From positions 1 through 48,983 of the IMG/VR virus record IMGVR_UViG_3300032144_000016: a stretch of DNA of 48,983 bases; one strand, 5' to 3'. Numbering within the stretch: position 1 is the first letter of the stretch; each line of letters begins with the position of its first letter. Positions 1 to 7,863 of the stretch are shown here, piece by piece. Both the position numbers and the translations under genes were made by a program. The notes under the pieces were generated by a model. It worked only from the letters and a program-made list of their open reading frames with translations, was not told where the DNA came from and did not search any database. The stretch comes from a virus.

Positions 1-127
1 TCGTGGCGCCTTGCCGATTGGCCTGGTGTTCATGTGACCATAGAAGGAGAAGTGTACGATGAGCCAAGAGAAAGAATCAGAGAACGGAAGCTCCGCGAAG
101 AAGCAGCGAAAAGCGTGGAACGAGCGA
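1..127. repeat. 127-bp terminal direct repeat, identical to 48857..48983 (circular-assembly overlap)
   Basis: I compared the bases directly and 1..127 equals 48857..48983. An ORF reads through the junction in frame. Confidence 0.95.
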
Positions 128-264
128 AGCGCGCAGGAGCAAGAGGCGTCGGTTCTAAACGGAATCCGAGGCCGGTTGGAAAAGCTGCCACTTCAAAAGC
201 GCGTCGCGCTGCTGGAGTACCTGCTGTCCAACGCACGAAGCGACCTCGCAACGCAGGGACCTGA
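1..264 (+). CDS. rusA: RusA-like Holliday junction resolvase, C-terminal part of the junction-spanning ORF that continues from 48545..48856
   Basis: Frame 1 continues '...GIEVSWRLADWPGVHVTIEGEVYDE' from the window end, with the stop at 262..264. GC3 after ~nt 59 is low, so the long basic tail may be non-functional read-through. Confidence 0.5.
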   Translation, partial: SWRLADWPGVHVTIEGEVYDEPRERIRERKLREEAAKSVERAKRAGARGVGSKRNPRPVGKAATSKARRAAGVPAVQRTKRPRNAGT

Positions 265-319
265 CCGACCCAAGTCGGACCCACGCCAGACGGCGTTTTC
301 TGCTATCATGGAGTCATGA
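59..319 (+). CDS. hypothetical protein (86 aa)
   Basis: ATG start. GC3 is clearly higher (~65-70% by hand count) than in the overlapping RusA frame (~43%). The stop is coupled to the next gene by an ATGA overlap. Confidence 0.55.
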   Translation: MSQEKESENGSSAKKQRKAWNERSAQEQEASVLNGIRGRLEKLPLQKRVALLEYLLSNARSDLATQGPDRPKSDPRQTAFSAIMES

Positions 320-831
320 ACTCGTTCCAGGCGTTGTTCAGCAAGCTAACGGAAACCCCGGAGCCCGTGCCCGAGCGGAACGAGATTGACGTTCCGAAAG
401 AGCACGAGCTTGCTCCGGGGGTCTCCGGCGCCGAGCAGCGCCAGCGCCAGCTGAAGAAGGTCGAAGAGGGCATCTACGGCAAGGCGCTCACCATCATGGA
501 CGGCAGCATGGCGGGCTTCGAGCTCACTTCGCAGGAGCTGGGGGCGAAGGGCCCGCCAGAGCGCTGGGTGCGCGAGCTTGGCGAGCAGGGTGCGCTGGAG
601 CGGTGGAACATCGCCCGGTCAGCCCAGCTCGACAAGCGCAGCGCGCCTATGGCGCTGTCCATCGCGCAGGGCATCCACTCCACGGTGACACGCGCCCGCG
701 CCGCGGAGAAGGGCAAGACGCAGCCGCTGAACGCCATCGTGGTGAACATGACTCTCGGGGAGCTGCCGAAGTTCGAGGAACGCGAGGTCATTGACGCTGA
801 AGGCGAAGAGCAGGAGTGGGGCGATGTATAA
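316..831 (+). CDS. hypothetical protein (171 aa); small-terminase candidate by position only
   Basis: ATGA coupling to the upstream ORF and coding-like GC3. I recognised no motif, so the TerS idea rests on position and size only. Confidence 0.6.
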   Translation: MNSFQALFSKLTETPEPVPERNEIDVPKEHELAPGVSGAEQRQRQLKKVEEGIYGKALTIMDGSMAGFELTSQELGAKGPPERWVRELGEQGALERWNIARSAQLDKRSAPMALSIAQGIHSTVTRARAAEKGKTQPLNAIVVNMTLGELPKFEEREVIDAEGEEQEWGDV

Positions 832-1015
832 GCATGCCTTCAATGGGAACTGTCGCTCGGAGAAGTCGGTGTACAGGTGTCCAGAATGCAAGCACGTTGG
901 TTGTGGCGTGTGCCATGAGCACGACGAAACTAGGGGCGACTGTTCTGCCTGTTCACCGTGCAACGCCTGCGACATGAACGACGCCAAAGACATGGGATGG
1001 CCGGAAGATGTCTGA
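824..1015 (+). CDS. Cys-rich mini-protein (63 aa), paralog of 32594..32776
   Basis: AGGAG lies 7 nt upstream of the ATG. The motif GNC..C.EC....C.VCH.HDE.RGDC..C..C..CD is shared with the minus-strand 60-aa ORF. Confidence 0.7.
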   Translation: MYKHAFNGNCRSEKSVYRCPECKHVGCGVCHEHDETRGDCSACSPCNACDMNDAKDMGWPEDV

Positions 1016-1349
1016 GCTGAAGCCGTGCCCATTCTGTCGAAAGTCTGTGGCTTGTTTCGCTGGACTGAACGTCGGCATGGGAGGTTACCGGCATGTCTAC
1101 TGCGAGAGGGGGCAGGGCGGCTGCGGGGCCTCATCTGGCAACTTCAGCTTCGACTACATCGGGAGAAATGGCCCGGTCGTTACGCGTGAGCAGGCCGAGG
1201 CGAAGGCGGCCGAACTCTGGAACACTCGCGTGGAGACAGCGCGCCTCGCAGCAGTCGAAACGTTGCTGGAGGCTTCCAAGAAGCGCATCAAGGAACTCGA
1301 GGACGAGCTCTACGACCTGCAGTGCCATTTGGATGAGCAAGATGTCTGA
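1008..1349 (+). CDS. Lar-family restriction-alleviation-like protein
   Basis: The N-terminus 'LKPCPFC...', a second Cys pair and 'AAELWNTR' match the recalled Lar_restr_allev pattern (CPFCG ... C..C ... A..aWN.R). ATGTCTGA overlaps on both sides. Confidence 0.65.
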   Translation: MSELKPCPFCRKSVACFAGLNVGMGGYRHVYCERGQGGCGASSGNFSFDYIGRNGPVVTREQAEAKAAELWNTRVETARLAAVETLLEASKKRIKELEDELYDLQCHLDEQDV

Positions 1350-1734
1350 CCCAAAGCCTTCCGAGCGTGTCTGGTTCCGCCATCGCCAAAACGGCCAGCT
1401 CGGGTACCTCATCGAGCGCGACGGGAAGACGAAGATTCGCCTGGACCGTCCGAGCGACCCCTACGCCATCCGCCCGTACAACCCGGATGAGTGGCTCCCG
1501 ATGGTCACGCAGACGCGCGTGCCGCGGCAGGCTGTGGCGGCGATTCAGTGGGCGGCAGACCGCGCGCTGCTCCGCGCGCTCGGTGCGCATCGCGAGGCAA
1601 ACCGGGACTGGCATGGACTTACCGACGCCCAGCGGATAGAATTCATGGACAAGGGCCCAGGGAAGCTGCATGGAGAAGAGCGACGGAAAGTCTGGGAAGC
1701 CATCAAAGAGGCCACCCGTGCCCTCGTCGAGTAG
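1342..1734 (+). CDS. hypothetical protein (130 aa)
   Basis: The ATG overlaps the upstream stop (ATGTCTGA) and GC3 is high. Confidence 0.65.
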   Translation: MSDPKPSERVWFRHRQNGQLGYLIERDGKTKIRLDRPSDPYAIRPYNPDEWLPMVTQTRVPRQAVAAIQWAADRALLRALGAHREANRDWHGLTDAQRIEFMDKGPGKLHGEERRKVWEAIKEATRALVE

Positions 1735-1735
1735 G

Positions 1736-1873
1736 GTGATTCTTTGCCCGCGCTGCGCGCTCGCCTGCGGGGTGAGCGGTGTTCAGTGGCGTCCGGACAT
1801 CTGCGAGACGTGCGAGTGCGTGTCGAACGCTCCGGTGCTCTACGAGGTTGAGGTGCTGAGTGGCATGGCGTGA
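1736..1873 (+). CDS. small zinc-ribbon-like protein (45 aa)
   Basis: GTG start just after the upstream stop. It carries CxxC...CxxCxC and has high GC3. It is below the ORF-track size cutoff when counted from this start. Confidence 0.4.
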   Translation: MILCPRCALACGVSGVQWRPDICETCECVSNAPVLYEVEVLSGMA

Positions 1874-2411
1874 GTTCTTGCCAGTACGCTTCGGTCGGCC
1901 CCTGAGTGGCAAGCTCGATGAGGCGGTGACCTGGGCGAACCGCGAGGCCATCCCGCTTCTGAAGCAGCTACGAGACGTCTTCCAGGGCATGGGCGACGGT
2001 GATGAGTGCGATGTAGTGATGCTGCAAGGGAACGACCTTCAGCTCGAGAAGCCGAAGTCGCGGGTGCTCCACGTGGTTGCTTCGGGGCTGACCGGCGGGG
2101 AGCTCGACTACCGCGAGACCAACGTATACCACCTGGAGCTTGACCAGAGCACGGCGCTCGTTATCACGCCCCCGGAGCTGGCAGCTCGCGATGCGGCGAA
2201 CGATGTGTTCGGCACGTCGGCCCATTGCGTGCTTCGCGTCACCAATGCAGGCGGGTTCAACATCACATCGTGGTCGGCGAATGTGCAGCACAAGAGTGGT
2301 ACGGCGCCGTCGCTCACGAGCATGACCGCTGGGCAGAAGCACTTTTTCTCACTCTACTTCGATGGTACCGACCAGACGGTGGAGGTCATCAACTCGGGGC
2401 CGTTCGGATGA
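1860..2411 (+). CDS. hypothetical protein (183 aa), beta-rich and structural-like
   Basis: GTG start (uncertain). The stop is coupled (ATGA) to 2408. I recognised no motif. Confidence 0.55.
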   Translation: MAWREFLPVRFGRPLSGKLDEAVTWANREAIPLLKQLRDVFQGMGDGDECDVVMLQGNDLQLEKPKSRVLHVVASGLTGGELDYRETNVYHLELDQSTALVITPPELAARDAANDVFGTSAHCVLRVTNAGGFNITSWSANVQHKSGTAPSLTSMTAGQKHFFSLYFDGTDQTVEVINSGPFG

Positions 2412-3766
2412 CGATATCCGTAACAGGGCGCACCTTCTACAATCCTGGCGCTCAGGTTTTCACGCTTTCGTTTACTGTGCCAGCCGTAGCCGAGGGCGAT
2501 GTAATCTTCTTCGCCCTGTTTGGCGGCTCAGGGAACCAAGACAACGAATTCAGCGCAATCATTTATGAGCTGAGAGAGTTCAACTGGGTGCTTGACTCCG
2601 GTCAGGTGAAGTTGATGTACTTCTATAAGGTCGCTAACGGCAGCGAGGGCGGCACTGTTATTTCTTGGTCATGGAGCCCTGCTGATGCTGAAGAGTACAT
2701 CATCGAAGCCGGCGTCATCAATGGAGCGGACCTAGAGTACGGGCCTGCTGTAGCAAAAACGAACGCGCAAAACTCGACCAACCCTGACCCGCCGTCACTG
2801 ACTTTGCCATGGGGCGCAACCGAGGCTCTGTGGCAGTCGCTGGTAAGCGCTGATGACGACGACGTGATGACAGGCGGCCCGTCTGGCGACTTCAGCGCAT
2901 TGCGTACGATTTCTGGCGTTGGCGGCGGCCTGGGCATGACTAGCGCCTACGTCGACAAGGTTGAGACGCTATCCAGCGTAGACCCAGCAAACTACTCGAG
3001 AGGCCTAGAGGAATGGGGCGCAGCCACGATAGCATGGAAAGCTGCCGCATCTGCTCAGCGCCGCCCGGTGGTCTGGCACTCGGTCGAGAGCATCTCGTCA
3101 ACCACTAACGACATAACGGTAACAATTCCTTCCGTGGAAGGGGTTCGTTTTCTGGTTGGGACTTGTCGAGGCGTAGCGCCTAGCTCCGTGGTTCTGGACC
3201 CGCTCGGGCTAAACCTGCCGCTTAGCGTGCTGGATGACGGCTCAACATCAGCGGAACACGATGACGCTGCCACTCATTTTACTATGGTTTGGGGGCTGCC
3301 AGCCGCCGACACTCCGCCGGCTGGGGCGTACACGTTACGGGTTACTACCCCAGATTCTACACAGCGCTCAGTGAACGCTGTGGTGCTTGGCGGCATAGAT
3401 GACGCTGTTGATGTCGAGTCCGTTACAATTGCCATCAACGATGGGCCGATGGCTTCGTTCGGCGTTCCGACGGTGGCCGAGAGCTGCACGATGCTAGTGT
3501 ACGCATCCCGTGTTTCGGTAACCAACGTATCAACCGAAACGTGGCTGCAGGCCGACCTGGATGATTCGCCGCTGATGCAGTATGGCACGTACTTCGCGAA
3601 CGGTTCTGGCCAGCGCGGGGCGACCCCGATGGTTCGTTCGGGCTTAGCGCCTGGCACTCACACGGTGGAGATGGCGAGCAATTCCTCGAGCGCCGTGGTG
3701 GCCATTGCGGTTGTGTTCAAAGACAGGAGCGGCGATGACCCCATCTGGGCGAGCACGGTGTTCTGA
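2408..3766 (+). CDS. receptor-binding/carbohydrate-binding-like beta-sandwich protein (452 aa)
   Basis: ATGA coupling upstream and TGATG coupling to TerL. Local GC is lower. The N-terminal module resembles the C-terminal module of the fibre at 25333..26916 (a '..DPPS.T.P.G..' segment and similar beta-strand pattern). Confidence 0.6.
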   Translation: MTISVTGRTFYNPGAQVFTLSFTVPAVAEGDVIFFALFGGSGNQDNEFSAIIYELREFNWVLDSGQVKLMYFYKVANGSEGGTVISWSWSPADAEEYIIEAGVINGADLEYGPAVAKTNAQNSTNPDPPSLTLPWGATEALWQSLVSADDDDVMTGGPSGDFSALRTISGVGGGLGMTSAYVDKVETLSSVDPANYSRGLEEWGAATIAWKAAASAQRRPVVWHSVESISSTTNDITVTIPSVEGVRFLVGTCRGVAPSSVVLDPLGLNLPLSVLDDGSTSAEHDDAATHFTMVWGLPAADTPPAGAYTLRVTTPDSTQRSVNAVVLGGIDDAVDVESVTIAINDGPMASFGVPTVAESCTMLVYASRVSVTNVSTETWLQADLDDSPLMQYGTYFANGSGQRGATPMVRSGLAPGTHTVEMASNSSSAVVAIAVVFKDRSGDDPIWASTVF

Positions 3767-5271
3767 TGTCGTCGCTCATTTACACGCCTTCAGAGTGGGG
3801 CAAGCTCTACCACGCTTTGCCCTACGACTTCGTGCTCGGCGGCGGCGCCGCTGGCCCCGGCAAGACCGAGGTGTTGCTCTGGGAGCCGCTTCAGCAGATT
3901 CAGGTCGAGCACCAGCGCACGACCGACCCCGACCACCCTCACGCTCTCCCTAAGGGTGCCAGTACGGGTTGGGCGCTCAGTTTGCGCCGCACGCACCCCG
4001 AGCTCCTGGAGACCATCAGGCGCGCACACGTGGCCTTCCCGCAGCTAGACCCTGGGGTGCGTTGGGACGGCAACAACTCGACGTTCATCTTCTCGAGCGG
4101 ATACCGCTACCAGTTTGGGCACTGCCATAACGCGAGCGACTGGGCGAAGTACCTCGGGTTTCAGTTCACCATCCTGATGTTCGATGAGCTCGTGACGTTC
4201 GAAGAGGAGCAGTTCGACCAGATTTCGACGCGCCTCCGCTCGAACGACCCGGTGCTGAGCAAGATGCTAAAGAACCGCGCCATGTCGAACCCGCAGATGC
4301 AGCGCGGCACGGGGCAGACCTACAATGTCAGTGACCCAACCTGGGTGCGTAAGCGCTTCGTCGACCCTGCTCCCGGCGGCAAGACGCTCCACAAGAAGGT
4401 CATCACGCTTTCGGACGGCTCGAAGCAGACCTACACGTGGATGTTCCTGCCCGCGCGGCTGAGCGACCACCCGAACCCAGAGTTCCGGCAGAAGTACGAG
4501 TTCAATCTGCGCAACGCCCCGCCGCACATCAAGCGCGCGCAGCTCTTCGGTGACTGGTACGCCACGGTCGGCAGCTACTACGGGGCCGTATGGAACCCGC
4601 AGCTCCACGTCATCGAGCCGTTCAAGATTCCGTCGGAGTGGAAGGTGTTCCGCTCGATGGACTGGGGCTTCAAGGCCTTCGGCTGCGTGCACTGGTACGC
4701 CTTGGACGAAGACGACAACCTAGTGGTCTTCTACGAGTACACCTTCCGGGGGCGCACCGACCGCGAGGTGGCGCAGGCCATCCGGCGCATCGAAAACGAC
4801 GTCCTGAAGATTCCATGGCGTGACGGCGCGAGTCAGCTCACGGGCCCCGCCGACACCCAGCTCTGGCAGAAGATTGGGCAGTCGGTGGCGTCGATGGGCG
4901 AGGTCATGGCGACCATGGGGGTCAGGTGGACGAAAGCCTCCAAGGACAGCCGGATGCGGAACGCTCAGGAGGTCTACCGACGGCTCGGTGACCACCGGTC
5001 GGGCACGGTCACCCCAGGGCTCACCATCTTCAAAGGGTGCGTGCAGCTCATCCGGACGCTCCCCGCGGTGCAGTCTGAGGATGGCGACCCCGACAACCCG
5101 GCAAAGGACAAGGATTCCCACTGGCACGAGTCGCTCATGTACGGCTGCGCTTTCGCCTCTCGTGGCGGGCGTGGTATACCTTCCCGGGTGAGTGACCAGG
5201 ATTACGCCCGTCAGCGGAAGGCTCGAGTGGAGCAGGAATCCCCCGCGGGCCTGTACGGGAGTAAGCTATGA
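3766..5271 (+). CDS. terL: terminase large subunit
   Basis: Walker A 'GAAGPGKT', Walker B 'ILMFDE', a C-terminal nuclease-like acidic motif ('DKDSHWHES'), the 501-aa size and its position before the portal gene. Confidence 0.85.
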   Translation: MSSLIYTPSEWGKLYHALPYDFVLGGGAAGPGKTEVLLWEPLQQIQVEHQRTTDPDHPHALPKGASTGWALSLRRTHPELLETIRRAHVAFPQLDPGVRWDGNNSTFIFSSGYRYQFGHCHNASDWAKYLGFQFTILMFDELVTFEEEQFDQISTRLRSNDPVLSKMLKNRAMSNPQMQRGTGQTYNVSDPTWVRKRFVDPAPGGKTLHKKVITLSDGSKQTYTWMFLPARLSDHPNPEFRQKYEFNLRNAPPHIKRAQLFGDWYATVGSYYGAVWNPQLHVIEPFKIPSEWKVFRSMDWGFKAFGCVHWYALDEDDNLVVFYEYTFRGRTDREVAQAIRRIENDVLKIPWRDGASQLTGPADTQLWQKIGQSVASMGEVMATMGVRWTKASKDSRMRNAQEVYRRLGDHRSGTVTPGLTIFKGCVQLIRTLPAVQSEDGDPDNPAKDKDSHWHESLMYGCAFASRGGRGIPSRVSDQDYARQRKARVEQESPAGLYGSKL

Positions 5272-7436
5272 ACTCAGCCAGCGCAGCGGTCGTCTACGAT
5301 GAGCTTTTCTCGGTCGAGCCGGACCCGGACCAGAAGGAGCCGGTAGAAGAAGACCTGGTCTACAGCGATGACGAGCCCAACCTGGTGCCCGTGTTCCAGC
5401 GCTCCGAGAAAGGCAAGGAGGCCTTGCGGCGCATCGCCGACCGAATCCGCGGCGAGTTCAGCGAGGCCTGGGACGCGAGCGCGGACTACCGCAAGCGATG
5501 GGCTGCCGACTGGAAGCTGCTCGCCGGTGAGCTCCCTCCCAAGGACGACGAGTTCAAGTACTGCGCGAACGCCAACATCCCCATCTCGCTCGAGAACGTT
5601 TCGCGCATCGCCACGCGCCTCTTCGGTGAGCTCTTCCACGACTTCAAGAACCCCTGCCAGTTCGTCAGCCTGACCGCGGAGGACCGCACGGCAGACGCGA
5701 TGACCAAGCACACCAACTGGCAGTTCCGGACGCAGATTCCCGACTTCAAGCGCCAGATGCACCGCGCGTGCATGGCCTTCGTACACATCGGCGACTGGGT
5801 CTGCCACAGCTACTACGACAGCGAGCGTCAGCAGAACCGGCATGAGGTGTTGACGCCCGATGAGTTCGTGATGCCCTGGACGCAGCAGACGACCATGCCT
5901 GACCTGTCGGATTTGCCCTGGTACGCCAAGATTTGCGCGTTCCACCGGCACCAGCTCCAGGCGCGCAAGAGCGAGTGGGCGGACGTCGAATGGGTGCTGC
6001 AGAACTTCGCGCCGACCTTCGACGACGAGCCGGACCAGGAAGTCGCCGAACAGGTCACGAAGGACCAGGGGCACGACAAGAACGATGGCACCAAGTGGGC
6101 GCCCTTCAAGGTGCTCTGGTGGGAAGGGTGGCTCGACCTGCCGAGTCGGCCAAAGCAGCACTTCGTGCGTCTCCATCTGCACTTAGCCTCAGGGCGCATC
6201 CTGCACATGATGGTGAACGAGGAGGCGGACTGGCAGGATTCGCAGCGCTACGAGCTCGAGATGCAGCAGTACCAGGGCTACCGGCAAGAGCGCGAGTCGT
6301 GGGAGCTTCAGCGCGCCCAGGTCGAGAACACCTTCGACCGCGCCGACGACTACCTCGACACGGTCGCCGACGAAGGGTTGGCGGGCGGTGAGCCCGCGCT
6401 GATGGGCATGATGCAGGTCGACCAGCAGCGACAGGCACAGCTCCAGCAAATCGATGCCATGGAGCCGCAACGCCCCGGATGGATGTCGGACGATGGAGCC
6501 CAGCCAGAGCGCCCGCGCCGTACCCCCGTCTACATGTTCACGCATGCGGTGTGCCTCGAGCCGCTGGTGGGCAATCGTGGCCTCAGCTACGGTCGCATCC
6601 AGGGCGACCTTCAGCGCGCCGTGAACGCCATCGTGAGTCAGTACATCGATGCTGGGACCTTTGGCAACATTCGCTCGTTCATTGCGACGCCAGACGCAGA
6701 ACTGCAGGGGGACCTGGTACTCAAGCCCGGCAAAATCAACTACACGAAGACGATGTCGTCGCAAGACATTACCAAGGCCATCATGCCCATCCAGACGGGG
6801 CAGGCGAACCCGCAGCTGATGGAGGTGGCCGACTTGCTGGTGCAGAACGCCCAGCGCTCCATGCAGGCGAGCGACATCCTCTCGGGGGAGCCAGGCAAGT
6901 CTGGGGAGACCTACAAGGGCGTGGCGGCTCGCATCGAGCAGGCGACGAAACAGCTCAGCGTGCTTGGGCGCAAGATGGGCGACGCCGTGGCGCTCATCGC
7001 CAAGAACAACGCTCGGCTGAACAGCATCTTTCTGCGCGACGAAGAGCTGGTGCGAATCGCCGACATGAAGGATTCGCAGCCCTTTGCCATCGGGCGCAAC
7101 ATGTACCGACAGAACTACGCAGTCGAGATCACTTCCGACATGCGCTTCGCCACGAACGTGCAGAAGGTCGCCGAGGCAGACGAGCTCGTCCAGATGGTGA
7201 TGGGCTTCTCGCAGCCTGGAGGCCCGCTGATGGGCAACCTGGCGATGCAGCACGCGGTCATCGCTGATTCCTTCAAAGCGCGCCAGCGTGACGACTTGGT
7301 GCGGATGATGGGTGCTCCCCCGCCTCCGCCCCCGCAGTTCGGGCCACCTCCGCCGCCGATGCCCCCTCCCGGCATGGAAGGTGCCCCGCCAGGAGGCGGC
7401 CAGGGCGCCCCGCCGCAGGGAGGGCCGCCGCAGTGA
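5268..7436 (+). CDS. portal protein with Pro/Gly-rich C-terminal tail
   Basis: 722 aa, immediately downstream of and coupled to TerL. The call rests on size and position. The tail reads 'GAPPPPPPQFGPPPPPMPPPGMEGAPPGGGQGAPPQGGPPQ'. Confidence 0.7.
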   Translation: MNSASAAVVYDELFSVEPDPDQKEPVEEDLVYSDDEPNLVPVFQRSEKGKEALRRIADRIRGEFSEAWDASADYRKRWAADWKLLAGELPPKDDEFKYCANANIPISLENVSRIATRLFGELFHDFKNPCQFVSLTAEDRTADAMTKHTNWQFRTQIPDFKRQMHRACMAFVHIGDWVCHSYYDSERQQNRHEVLTPDEFVMPWTQQTTMPDLSDLPWYAKICAFHRHQLQARKSEWADVEWVLQNFAPTFDDEPDQEVAEQVTKDQGHDKNDGTKWAPFKVLWWEGWLDLPSRPKQHFVRLHLHLASGRILHMMVNEEADWQDSQRYELEMQQYQGYRQERESWELQRAQVENTFDRADDYLDTVADEGLAGGEPALMGMMQVDQQRQAQLQQIDAMEPQRPGWMSDDGAQPERPRRTPVYMFTHAVCLEPLVGNRGLSYGRIQGDLQRAVNAIVSQYIDAGTFGNIRSFIATPDAELQGDLVLKPGKINYTKTMSSQDITKAIMPIQTGQANPQLMEVADLLVQNAQRSMQASDILSGEPGKSGETYKGVAARIEQATKQLSVLGRKMGDAVALIAKNNARLNSIFLRDEELVRIADMKDSQPFAIGRNMYRQNYAVEITSDMRFATNVQKVAEADELVQMVMGFSQPGGPLMGNLAMQHAVIADSFKARQRDDLVRMMGAPPPPPPQFGPPPPPMPPPGMEGAPPGGGQGAPPQGGPPQ

Positions 7437-7663
7437 AGGGACTAGGCGAGCCTGAGGCTGTGCAAGCGTGGGCGGAGCAGCGGACTAGTCGGGAGTTCTT
7501 TCGGCAGGTAACGGAGCAGCGCGACCGGGCCCTGGCGGGGCTTTTGGCCAGAGCGCGGGCGTCTTCGGACCCCGAGGTGGCGCGCCTGTGCGCGGAGTAC
7601 CTGACCCTAGACCACTTGGTAGCGGGAGTGCTCGCTGCCAGCAAACGGAGTGTGAACGAATGA
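7433..7663 (+). CDS. hypothetical protein (76 aa)
   Basis: GTGA coupling to the portal stop; high GC3. Confidence 0.55.
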   Translation: MKGLGEPEAVQAWAEQRTSREFFRQVTEQRDRALAGLLARARASSDPEVARLCAEYLTLDHLVAGVLAASKRSVNE

Positions 7664-7863
7664 GTGACGCAAAATCTGTGACAATGATGGGAACCTTCGA
7701 AGACCTCTACGACCTGATCGAGCGGTTCGACTCTCGCGAGGTTTCTTCGAGGCGGATAGCCATGGTGAAGACCAAGCTAGACGAAGCAAGGCTGTGGCTT
7801 GCTGACGCCATCTCACATCAGGACTCTTGGGAGAAGTCTGAGAAAACAGGGGTAACGCAATGA
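7660..7863 (+). CDS. hypothetical protein (67 aa)
   Basis: ATGA coupling on both sides; helical and acidic. Confidence 0.55.
   Translation: MSDAKSVTMMGTFEDLYDLIERFDSREVSSRRIAMVKTKLDEARLWLADAISHQDSWEKSEKTGVTQ

Noticed and set aside
5274-7253. Long antisense ORFs opposite the portal (5274..6182, 6189..7253) and similar shadow ORFs (9980..11428, 13049..13807, 17550..18554, 21456..22475, 22283..23005, 34038..34961, 36805..37926, 45076..45738, 45906..46718)
   Set aside because: These are typical high-GC shadow frames with Arg/Ala/Pro/Leu-rich, low-complexity translations. They overlap better-supported genes that have family motifs, coupling and higher GC3.
7660-7863. The small head-module protein as an anti-defence nucleotide sponge, because of the 'KTKLDEARLWLADAI' helix
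   Set aside because: This is only a vague recollection of a helix motif seen in many small phage proteins, and I cannot support a family assignment from sequence alone.
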